From Paramoeba atlantica (taxonomy: Eukaryota; Protista; Discosea), in contig CDRNVI010000177.1 in NCBI GenBank assembly GCA_977017575.1, positions 186,001 through 250,000 on the forward strand: DNA of 64,000 nt. The letters are read 5' to 3'. The translations under genes and the position numbers were made by a program. This document shows, piece after piece, positions 10,808 through 21,485 of this stretch (position 1 is the stretch's first letter; every line of letters begins with the position of its first letter). The notes below the pieces were generated by a model. The model had not been told where the DNA came from. It saw nothing but the letters and a program-made list of their open reading frames with translations, and searched no databases.

Positions 10808-11560
10808 ATTCATAAACTTGTCTTGTCTCCTTCTTTTGCCTTCTCTCCCTGAGCCTGAACGCGAAAACACTCTCTTCTTCTCCTCCAAAAACGGATAACC
10901 ACAACAAATAAGGAAATTTTTGCCTCCTTCCTTCTCGAACTCGGTCGGCTTCCGGAAAAAGAATCGAGTAGGGGGGAGAAACAACTCTTCTTCAGCTGCC
11001 AATAGAATTCCTCTTCCTCTTTTTCTCTGCACCCTCAATACCAAAACCTCCCAACACCTAAAATAGGTTATTTCCTTCCATCTTTTTCAAACTAACCAAC
11101 TGCATCTCAGAAATCCCCATGGAAAAGATGAAACCCCATCAGAGACGATAGGAACTTCATTTTCTCACCTAAATTTCTTGATCTCTTCTCTCCTGAGGGT
11201 TTTTCGCGCCGTGCTCGTCCCGGTTTTCCCTCGAACAAGGGTTTTCCCCACTTTTGTGGTTTTTCCCTTTTTACCAATGGATTTTTCACACAACTTCCTT
11301 CTCCTTGTGACCAAGTGAATAATGTTTCGAAATATATCAAATCAGTGAATGAAGTCAATGAGAACAAACCCCCAGGCTGGAGGGATGATTCCGACCCAAG
11401 GCCACCTGTTGACATGGAGCGCATAGAGGCATTGACCCAGTGCAGGAAACAAAGGCGGGAAAGTTATAAGTCCATTTCTGAACAGATGGCATCTCTTAGC
11501 TGGATAAAGACACGAAATTATCCTTCCGCACGTGTGACTCCGAACACATTGTTCAATCAC

Positions 11561-11575
11561 AGGAATAGGGGGGAG
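11561..11575 (+). promoter_or_regulatory. Polypurine tract
   Basis: AGGAATAGGGGGGAG immediately precedes the 3' LTR. Confidence 0.85.
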
Positions 11576-11762
11576 CGTTGAAGTCTCACAATTCACTGAA
11601 TATTCCATATGACGAACAATGCATACATTCCTTTTTGACATTCGCATCTTCACTGAACTTACAATGCAGTCATCTTATTGCGAGGGTTGTCGCAAAGCAA
11701 TCTCTTCACAATAATAAATCATTCTCTGTTTTCCCAGTTTATTTGGCCTTGAGGAATTAACG
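11576..11762 (+). repeat. 3' LTR
   Basis: Copy of 9674-9860, preceded by the PPT and followed by TSD GGTGT. Confidence 0.92.
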
Positions 11763-13939
11763 GGTGTGTATTATGAAGATGAGAATCAACATGATTGTAC
11801 CCTTCGCTTTGCTCTTGCTTGTCACAAGAAAATTGTTGAATAATTATTGATTAAAAATTTATTTCTTTTTTTTCTGATCTGAATTGAAAAAATATGGGGT
11901 TTTTTTAATGGGTCAACCCACCGATTTTTACGTTAAAAACTCGGGCTTGACTCTCTTTGGTTTTCTCTTCAAAAACAAAACCAAAAAACACAAAAAAAAT
12001 AATAAACATATCACATTTGGAACAATACATTCGAGTTCATTCTCCACATGTTCCGAAATTCACACATTCTGATACATCTCCTGTTTTTTTTTGTTTTTTC
12101 AAAAAAAATATTTGAAATTTCCTCTCTCTCTCTCTCAAAAAAAAGAGGAAGAAGAGGAAGAAGGATTTTGAAGAAGAAAGAGTTTCTTGAGACAAAGAAA
12201 ACAAAAATAAGACCACAACAAGTAAACAAACAACCTTCATTCTTTTTCCCAACTCATTTCCCAAATCAAATTCCACATTCAAATGTTTTCTTTTTCCTTT
12301 TGCCTCACAAACCCTTCCAAGAGTGTTTTCACCTTATCACCCCACAGTAAGAGGGGCATCATCAAACAACCTCATCCACCTTATGAAATGTTACCCTCAA
12401 TTTCCTTGCAAGTTACTCAAGTACTGGTTCTCAATCATTTGCCTCCACATACATTAACACAAAATATCAAGTAACTAAGTCAAAGAAGAGATGGACCTCT
12501 CGACATTTGAATAATGAGTTGAAATCAACCTTGTTATTTTTACTTCTCTCTCCTGGCCATGCCTGTAAACATGGATGGCGATCATTGGGATTATCCACAC
12601 ACCAAACCGAAAAAACCTCGAAAAATCAACCAACTTTGGAGCAAGCTACCAAAATGAAGCTCAACCCAAGGGAAGAAGCTCTTCCTGAAGACAGAGTTCC
12701 CCAGAGGAGAGGAATATCTCTCTCAATGACAAGGATCTTCAGCAAGATGATGAACCTCCCAAAGTGTCAGGATCGACCAGATCTCCGGAAGGACAAACAA
12801 AACAAAAACGAAACCCAATCCAAAGATCAAATCGAAAATGTGGGTTTTATTCAAGAAAACAAACAAAGGGAACATTTGAACAAGAGAGAAAATGTGGGAG
12901 CGGTAACAGTTGAGATGGGGGGTGTGATAGAAACAAAAAGGATTCAGAAATGGTGTTTTTGTGGAAGGAAACATGGACAAAATCAAATCAGGAAAGGAAA
13001 AAAATAAACATCAGGAAAAACAAGAAAAGGGAAAATAAAACAAAGGGAATATCAGAAAGGAAAAGAGGGAAGGAAAGAGAGAGAGAGAGGGCGGTGATCA
13101 ATTGGGGGAGTAGAGCAATAAGATGGCATCAAATTGAACAGAAGACAACTGAACAGGGTTCATAACAGGAAGACAATTCTCTCTTGAAAGAAGAGGACTT
13201 TGACTATGAGATATTGTGGGAGATGGTCACAAGTCTAGACCTAGAGAGAGCCAGAGTCTCAACTGAGAATGGCTTCCCAGTTATTCATTTTAATGGTGGA
13301 AAGAATTATCAAATGATGCTGCACAAGTGTTAGTCCTTATAAAAACAACACATCCCTGTTGCTCAACAGCTCAGCAGCAAGATGTTTCAACTCTTCAAGA
13401 GATAGTGTTTTGATTGGCGCTATGCGCATATTCCCCTTGGGGTTTCAGGTTTGTCAGAGCTGCAGACAGACACATTTCATACTGGCATGGAATTACCCTC
13501 TCCATGTGATTGAATTTCTCGCTCTACCAAATTGAGGTTGAAGGGTAAATGGCAAAAAGAAAGATTTTGGTGCAAGGAATTCAAGAATTATTTAAATCCA
13601 AAGTTGCTCAGTCTGAGTTTGCCCAAGCGTGGTTATCTGCTGCAAAAAGGCAAAAAGACACAGGGTTCATTTGTTGTTGGACAAGTCGTTCAGGACCAGA
13701 AGGATTATTATCCCTGTTGGTCTCTGAGATTGGAATCTCGACCAGTGTCACCGCTCTCGCTTCTTTCTTCTTTCTTTTTCACTTTTCTTTTTGTTCCTTC
13801 GTTCTCGTGAACGTTGTTTTCTTGTGTTCCGTTCGTGAGCCTGACGCTATTGGTTTTTTGTGTTCTGTTTATTGGGTTTTTTGTTGCCTAGTGCCTTTTT
13901 TACCCTTTGTTTTTCTGTTTGGCCGTATTGTGTACTACG

Positions 13940-14896
13940 ATGTCAGATACTCATGATTCTGATACCGAATACGAGGTCGCGATGGGCGATGCCACGCGAC
14001 CCACTGATCGTCTTGCTTCCTTGGAAAAGCGGTTTGATGCTCTCACTAGTTTGCTCCAAGCTGTTGTGGACAGGGATCCAAGCGGTCTCAACTCGTCTTC
14101 ATTGTCAACCCCACCCTCAAGCAACCTGTCTCCAGGTTCTGGTATCTCCTCCTCCTCGTCTTCTACATGCTCAACATGGTCTCCTCTGGATCCTCCCTCG
14201 TCTTCTCCCATCTTTGGTCAGAATACATTGAGCGCTCCCGCTCCTTCCCCCTCCCCTTCGCCACAGTCATTTACACCAGCTGGGTCGAGCGAAATTCCTG
14301 GCTTGTCCTTGCAAATTCCTCCTCCTGGTTTCATCAAACCGACTTGTGGTCGATCTACACTTAAACATGACCCCGCGCGGTCGTATATTTTGGATAACCC
14401 TTTTACCTGGCCTCAGTTTGAGCCTCTCAATCGTTGGGAGATGTGGGCCACATCGAAGAAGGCGGCAAGAAATGTTAATGAATTGTCTGTCCTCCGTACT
14501 TGTGATGCTCTCGTGGAAAAGGTCCTCGAGGAAGCCGTGTCGGGTGGAAATCCTGGTCACTATGCTAAGTTCCTGAGCCAGTTTATTCAGGTTTGTGCGG
14601 ACTTACTTCGCGACGCTGATTTGAGAGGGTGGGACCTTGCCCTTCCTGCGCATGGTATCACTACTGCCAGACCAAACAAAAAAGGTTGTTTCTCCTGCGG
14701 TGAAAGTGGTCACTCTTCTAGAAGTTGCCCTAATAAGGCCAAGGCTGCGGCAGCGCCTGCTCTGGTTGTCCCAAAGTCGGCTGAACAAGCTTTGAACCAG
14801 ATCAATGGTTCTTTGAATCAAGTTCCTGGTCCAGCAGTTCCTTCTTTCCCCATGGGTTTCTGGCCACCTTTCCCCCCTCAGTTCCCTAGTCTGTAG
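13940..14896 (+). CDS. ORF1, gag-like with CCHC zinc knuckle
   Basis: ATG at 13940, Ser/Pro-rich region, CFSCGESGHSSRSC. The frame continues past the TAG (QMPPV...KKKSRKKRRK...) to ~15051, so the TAG may be a premature stop. Confidence 0.7.
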   Translation: MSDTHDSDTEYEVAMGDATRPTDRLASLEKRFDALTSLLQAVVDRDPSGLNSSSLSTPPSSNLSPGSGISSSSSSTCSTWSPLDPPSSSPIFGQNTLSAPAPSPSPSPQSFTPAGSSEIPGLSLQIPPPGFIKPTCGRSTLKHDPARSYILDNPFTWPQFEPLNRWEMWATSKKAARNVNELSVLRTCDALVEKVLEEAVSGGNPGHYAKFLSQFIQVCADLLRDADLRGWDLALPAHGITTARPNKKGCFSCGESGHSSRSCPNKAKAAAAPALVVPKSAEQALNQINGSLNQVPGPAVPSFPMGFWPPFPPQFPSL

Positions 14897-15074
14897 CAAA
14901 TGCCTCCAGTCGCGGCGTCACCTGTGCCAATTCCCCCCCCTGTGCAGTCATCTGATACAACTGTGGTGAAAAAGAAGAGTCGTAAGAAGCGCAGGAAGTC
15001 ACACAACAGGGCTTCCTCCTCTAGTTCTTCCTCTTCTGAGGATCATTCCTGACCCTTTGGCCTGGTTGAAGGTT

Positions 15075-17909
15075 ATGACACTGCCAAGAGCCCCCTTTTG
15101 CTCGCTTCATCCCCTCCCAAGCCGAACCAACCTTCCAGTGCAATTGCACAGTCGTTGAAGTGTGTGGAACACGTTACCTCTACCTTCAGATGTCCTGGAG
15201 TGGGTCAACACAGGGGTACGCATCCCGATAAATGCCAGTGCTCAGCCTTTTCATGCTCAGAACAAGTTTCCGGTGGAACACACTGCTTTTGTCACAAACG
15301 AAATTCAGAGGCTTCATCGTCTCTCTGTGGTGAAGGAGGTCAGCTCTCCCCCCTTTGCTGTAAATGCTCTCAAGACTGCACCCAAGAGTGGTTCGTGCCC
15401 GTGCAAGACTCTGAGACTGGTCGTTGTGGGTACACGAGTGGACAAACTTTATTCTCTGTATCAGAAGTTGAGGCTCAAAGTGATCCCATTCTTCTCCATG
15501 GTGATTCCCAAGGATGCTTACATGGTGACTATCGATCTGAGCGATTTCTATCTCCACTTCATGCTCCACCAGGACAGCCAACAGTGGATGGGCTTTCAGC
15601 TGAACGAGAAATTCTTCCTGTTCCTAGCCACAATGTTCAGATTCAAGATCTCAGCTTTTGTTGCAGCCAAAACTTCTCTGGAACTTGCAAAGATCCTTTG
15701 AGTCCTGTGCCCAGGAGTGTCCATTCTGGTGTGGGTCAACGACTTTCATAATGACAGCTTCTTCTCCTCTCTTTCTGGACCATATGGTTTGTGGTTTCAT
15801 TCTCCCCTTCTTCGAGAATCTGGGTTTCAAGATTGCCTTTCACAAGTGCAAATTGACTCCAACTCAGAATCTGGTGTACATGGGTCTCAGAATAGACTTG
15901 ACGATCTCCATGCTGTTCATAACAGAAGCAAGAAAAGAAAAGGCACTCACAGTCATCGAAAACATGATCGCTCTCTTGCTCTTAGGGAATGTCACAGCCC
16001 GGCAACTTGCCAAAGTGATGGGGATGCTAACTTCTCTGGCACCAGTGTTGGACATTGTCAAGATTGCCAGCCCAGCACAAAAACCCTTGAGGATTCTGAG
16101 ACCTACATGGATGTGGGATTCTTACGTGGTGGTTCCACCAATGACAGTCACAATCCTGACCTTTCTCTGGACTCAGATTTACGAGAACAATGGGAGGCCA
16201 TTCTCCCGCCCTCTACAAACCAAGATTGTTGTCTCGGATGCTTCCAAGTCAGAACATTGGACAGGATGGGGATTTGTGATAGATGCAGAGGAAGGTACAA
16301 TCTCGGTGGCAAGCCGGTTCAGCGACAAAACAGCAATGTTCTCCATTGCAGCACTGGAACTCTTGGCTTTCATGGAGGCAATACAGACCTCCCTCAACCT
16401 GAAGGTGATTCGGATGGGCAACACGATCCAACCTCTCATAGACAATGTGGTGGCTCTTTATGCTTTAAAGAAGGGGGGAAGCAGGAACAATTTTCTGGAC
16501 TCAATAGCAAGAAAGGCCGTTCTTCTTCTCCTACGGAACGATCTGCATTTGTGGAATCCTTGTTACATCCCGTCAGCAATAAATCCAGCCGACCTCCTTC
16601 TCGTCTCAATGATCGGGGATCTTGGATGATGTTGCCTTGGGTTTGGTCACTTCTGCTGAGCATTGTTCCCCCCCTAGACATGGATCTGTTCGCCTGCAAT
16701 CTGTCAGCGGTTGTTCCTTGCTTCTTTTCAATGACCCTTTGTCCAAACAGTGCAGGTGTCAATGCATTTGCAAAAACTTGGCCACAGAAAGTGTGGATGT
16801 GTCCCCCTCTGAGTATAATCGCACCAACATTAGCAACTCTGTTCGAATCTCAAACACATGCCCTGGTCGTTGCGGTTACAACCCCTGTTACGTGGAAGTG
16901 CTTGGCTGCTCACTTTGGATTGGACATCAGGAACAATGCATCAACCAGTCGGTTGTTCAACAGAACTGTCACAGATTTCATTGACAAAATGGATAGCAGT
17001 TTGGTTTTGCCCAAACCTCTTTGTGACCCGCTCGAGCCCTCCACCAGAGCCAGCTACCTCACGATATGTGCGGCCTTCGACTCCTGGGCGTGTGAAAGAG
17101 ACTATTGCGCTTTCCCTGCGACAAATGCAGTGTTGTCAGAATATGTTCGGTCCAAACTAGCTCATGGTCTGGGGGCAGCAGCTCTCAGCGCCATTTCTGC
17201 AGTAAGAAGAATTCACAAAGATCTTGGCCTTACCCCACCAGTTGTGGATCAGTCAGTTGTCACTGCAGCTAGGAAGGTGCCAAGAAAACTCCCTGATGTT
17301 CAACCATTTCCCATGTCTCTGGCAATCCATGTGTGGGAAACTGGCTCCTCTTCAACCAAGTTCTATGCGGTCATTGCTGCATTGGCTTGTCGTCTAATGT
17401 TGCGCCCTGGTGAAATCAGTAAGATCCTCCTCTCGGACGTTCACCTCGCTCAAAGTGGTATTTGGGTACATCTCAGAGCAAGGAAGTCAGATAAGATCTT
17501 AAAGCGGAATCCATGGCACCTTTTGTCTTGCTCTTCGGATTCCATTAGAACCTTTTGCCTTCCATGCGCTGTTTACTTACTGTGTATTGCTCGATACGAA
17601 AATGGTACGGACGCAAGCCCACTGTTTGCAGATGCAAAAGAGTTTCCTCTTCCCCCTGGCATAATGGGCACCATTTTCAACTTTATTGCGGCAGCGGTGG
17701 ATCCTTCCATGGGCTCCAGATTCACAGGAAAAAGTGGAAGGGTTGGTGGTGCAATCAGTGCAGCTCTGGGCGGAGCCCCTGAATTGGTCATCCGTACGTG
17801 TGGAGATTGGCGCTCGGACGCTATCAGGAGATACATTGCTGGCATTATGGCGTCGAAAACAGAACTTTTCTCCTTGATGGTCTCGCCAGGGACCATGACC
17901 CAACCATAA
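15075..17909 (+). pseudogene. RT-RNase H-methylase-like-tyrosine recombinase coding region with one premature stop and frameshifts
   Basis: RT: VLEWVNTGVRIP, TIDLSDFYLHF, ILVWVNDF, LGFKIAFHKCKLTPTQNLVYMG. RH: SDAS..GWG, ALELLA, DNVVALYALKKGGSR, YIPSAINPADLL. MT: DMDLFA, VNAFAKTWPQKVWMCPPLSII. YR: STRASY, MLRPGEI, ARKSD, GKSGRVGGA, GDWRSDAIRRY. Confidence 0.85.
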
Positions 17910-17992
17910 CTATTTGTGCAGTCCTCTTTGGATTTCCTTCTGTCTTTCTCTCTTTTTCTTGTTTCTGTCTCCTTTTGTCTTCTCCATGAGTC

Positions 17993-18050
17993 TTGGCAGA
18001 GCGTGTGGCTGTTAACCACAAGGTCGGAGGTTCGAACCCTCCAGGTGGAG
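17993..18050 (+). pseudogene. tRNA-Asn(GUU) with damaged or missing 5' end
   Basis: TTGGCAGAGCG-TGTGG-CTGTTAA-CCACA-AGGTC-GGAGG-TTCGAAC-CCTCC-AGGTGGA-G followed by a long T-run. The 5' acceptor and D-stem strands are not intact. Confidence 0.8.
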
Positions 18051-18439
18051 TTTTTTTTTTTTTTTTTAAAAAAAATTACCCAAACCCCCTCAATAAGTTT
18101 GTGGATGCTTTTCAAGATTCATCAGACGCAAAATCAAGAGGGTTAATTGAGATAGTTTCAATTCCTGCACCTTCAACATTGGAGAACAATTCCCAAAAAG
18201 AGCAAAAAAAGAGGACTTACTTTCAAAATTGTTTTGAAAAGTTTCAAATTTTTTGTTGAAAAAGGAAGTTTCTGGAGTTTGGTGATCCCACAAAAAACAG
18301 ATCCACCATTTGGATGGAGAAAAACAAAAAGAACAAACAATGACCTCAAAAAAATAAGACCAATTCTGCCCCACTGATATGCGCAGGTGGTGTGTGTGTG
18401 TGTGGGGGCGCAGTTCCACAAAATTGAAGAAAAAAAAAG

Positions 18440-18511
18440 CTCCCTTGCCGGGAATCGAACCCGGGGTGGCCGGGTGAAAGCCGACCGTGTTACCGACTAC
18501 ACCACAAGGGA
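18440..18511 (-). tRNA. tRNA-Glu(UUC)
   Basis: Acceptor TCCCTTG/CAAGGGA, anticodon arm GTCGG-CTTTCAC-CCGGC, T-loop TTCGATT. Identical to 45649-45720. Confidence 0.95.
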
Positions 18512-19319
18512 ATTTGTTGAAAAAAGACAAAAAAGAACTGTTCTGTGCTTTGTCCAAAAGACCATCAACTGGGGAGGACTCTTTTCACAACTCCTTCAGT
18601 TAAATGAAGAACCTCAGTTAAAATGGAGATAAATCAGAATATTGTTGTGATTGGCATGCATGTGTGTTCAAACACCCTCCCCCCCTCCCCCCCTCCCCCA
18701 AGGAGCCTTTCTCAGTTCTTTTGTCAAAATCATTTTTTTCGAAACTTGATTTTTCGAAAAAAAAATCATTTCGAAACTTCATTCTTCGAAAAACTAACCA
18801 AAGAGAGGGACCATTCAAAGGGGCCTTGGAAAATAAGCGTCCACTTTAAAAAAATTTCTTTCATTTGGTCAGAATTCAAGGTTCTCAATGCCCCCTCTGA
18901 ATTTGGACTTGGAACTCTAAAACTGGAAAAATCAAGAAAACTGATTTGTGGGAGGTGTGTTTCATGATCTCCTCCAAAATAAAACTGGTTGTTGAAAAAA
19001 AAAAAAAGTAGGATGCGAAAAGAGGCAAATAACAGGAAAAAAAATATTTTATTTTTTTCTGACCAATTCGAAGAAAAAAAATATGCTTTTATTAAAATCA
19101 ACATCATCTTGCCTTTAATGAATCTCCCCCCCTCTCCTCTCAACTCAAGTCAAATACAATGTTCCCTGCCTGCCAACTGCTGGTAAATCTCTGATGAGAA
19201 AAAGGATAAAAAACAACTCTCTCTTTTGTCTGTTTTATTTTTTGGACTGAAAAGAAATTTTACAAAATTATCCTCTTGATTTGAGAGGAGTTCATATAGA
19301 TACATAGAAATGGCAAAAT

Positions 19320-21454
19320 ACAAAAAGGGAATCCACAAGAAAAGAAAAGAAAAGAAAAGAAAAGAAAAGAAAAGAAAAGAAAAGAAAAGAAAAGAAAAGA
19401 AAAGAAAAAAAAAACAAGAAAAGAAAAAAAAAAACAAGAAAAGAAAATAAAAAGGAAAAACCAAAGGAAAAGAAACCTCTTAATTTCAACAACAACAACA
19501 ACAACAACCAAAAAAACACAAAGTGGTTCCACAAAGTCTCTTTCTCTTCGCTCTTTCTCCTCTTTCCCTTTCTCTTTGTCTCTTACCTTTCCCTTTTTCC
19601 CTTTTTCCCTTTCTCTTTCTCTCTCCCATCCCCCCCCTTTGCCTTTCTCTCTCTTCTCTCTCTCTTCTCTCTCTCTTTTTCTCCAGTTCTCTTTCTTCTC
19701 TTTCTCTTTCCCTCTTTCTCTTCGCTCTTTCTCCTCTTTCCCTTTCTTTCTCTTTATCTCTTACCTTTCCCTTTTCCCTTTCTCTTTCTCTCTCTCTTTC
19801 CCTCTTTCCCTTTTTCTTTCTCTCTTCTCTCTTTGTTTTTCTCTTTCTTTCCTCTTTCCCTCTTTCCCTTTTTCCCTTTCTCTCTTTCTCTCTTTCCCTC
19901 CTCTCTCTTTCTCTTCCCAAAGCCCCAAAACGAAAAAAAAAAGCGATTTTTGGGGCTCGTGATTTAGAACCTTAATTTTTCGGGGTGCGGAAAAGTGGGA
20001 AAAGATCCTCTTTTCGTCTTTTTTTGTGCCTTCATTTTTTTTTTGTTTTCCTCTCTCTCCTCCTCTCTGCGCTTTTTGTTGTTCTCTTTCTTTTTTTGTG
20101 TTCGACAACACTTGACATCATTCATCATCACGTCTCCTTTCTCTTCTTTTCTGACCCCCCTTCTTTCTCTCTTTTGTCCAACCCCTGAGTAAACAAAACA
20201 AGAGAGAGAGAGGTCTTCTTCTTTCTTTTTTCTCCCTTCTCTTTTCTTTCACTCTCCTTGGAAGAAACTTGTGCTCTCCGAAACATCTTATCATGGCTCT
20301 TTTTCTCTTTTTCTTTTTTTTCTTCTTTTTTTTTCTTTTTTCTTTTTTCTCTTCTTTCTCTTCTTTCTCTATTTTCTTTCTTTCTTTTCTCTTTCTTTCT
20401 GTTCTCTTTCTTTCTTTTTCTCTTTCTTTCTTTTTTCTTTTTCTTTCTTCTTTTTCTTTCTTTTTTTCTGGCTATTTTTTCTTTCTCTCTTCTTTTCCCT
20501 TTCTTTCTTGTTTTTTTCTCTCTCTTCTTTTTCTTTTTTCTCTCTGACTCTTTTTTTCTTTCTCTTTGTCTGGATCTTGTTTTTTCCATCACTGAGTATC
20601 AAGTGACATTTTGAGCACCACCAAAAGTCTTCTTTGCCATTTGGTTGGCAGGTACCCAGCAGTGCTGGAGAGGTACATCAACTTCTTGGGAGAGAGAAGG
20701 GGATTTAGAGTTTCAAAGAAGAAGAGGGGAGAGTGGGTGTTGTTGATTTGGGGTGGAGCATGAAATGAGTGGCAGTGCGATGATGATCAATTTGTACTTT
20801 GACAGTTATGGTTTTTTGTTGGGAAAAAAGTCAAGGATGGTTGAAGGGGGGGGGGGGGGGTGTTGTGAGGGGAAGGGAGGTGAGAGGTGAGGAGGGTTCA
20901 GGGGTGCCCATTTCCTGCCTGTTTCTTTTTTGCCCTCCCCCCCCCAAGCCCCAGTGGTGGTTTTTTCTTTTCTTTTTCTCTTTTTCTCTTTTTCTCTTTT
21001 CCTCTTGATTCCTTCTCTTCTTTTTTTCTTCTTTTTTTCTTCTTTTTTCTTTTTTTTTTTAGTTTTTTTTCAAAACAAAAATCAGAAAGAAAATAGAGGA
21101 GAATTGAAAAAAGAAAAGAAGTGAAAAAAAAGAAAAGGAAAAGGAAAAGGAAAAGGAAAGGGGAGAAGAAGAAAAAAAAGATGGTGGTGGGATTGTGGAG
21201 GTGTTTCAATGTTGATCACATGTTGTTGTTGTTGTTGTTGTTGTTTTTGTTTTTTGACTTTTCATACTCTCTGGATGCTAATTTGAAAATTCGGACCCAG
21301 AGAGAATGAATATATGATTTCAAAAAAGGAGTATATTATATATTTGTGTGGGGGTAAAAAAAAAAAAAAGAAAGGAGAGACAGAGAAAAAGAAGGTTGGT
21401 GGGGAAGAAAATTGAGAAAAGGGTAAAGAAAAAAAAAAAAGAAAAAAAAAAGAA

Positions 21455-21485
<31 letters not shown>

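Larger units (their letters stand above)
9674..11762 (+). mobile_element. Young non-autonomous gag-only Copia-type LTR retroelement (2089 bp)
   Basis: Two 187-bp LTRs identical by eye, 5-bp TSD GGTGT (9669-9673 and 11763-11767), PBS, PPT and an intact gag ORF. No pol motifs. Confidence 0.92.
13940..17909 (+). mobile_element. DIRS-like tyrosine-recombinase retrotransposon (coding span; termini not identified)
   Basis: A gag-like ORF followed by RT, RNase H, adenine-methylase-like and tyrosine recombinase motifs, in the DIRS domain order. Confidence 0.9.

Noticed and set aside
9674-11762. Repeat-spacer or CRISPR-like interpretation of direct repeats, including the 2.4-2.7 kb array
   Set aside because: The first pair are LTRs with PBS, PPT and TSD. 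The array has irregular A-rich spacers and belongs to a transposon end.
13499-13536. TCTCCATG direct repeat (with 17981) and an inverted D-loop-like CGCTCTACCAA as possible YR element termini
   Set aside because: Matches of 8-11 bp are too short to distinguish from chance without other copies.
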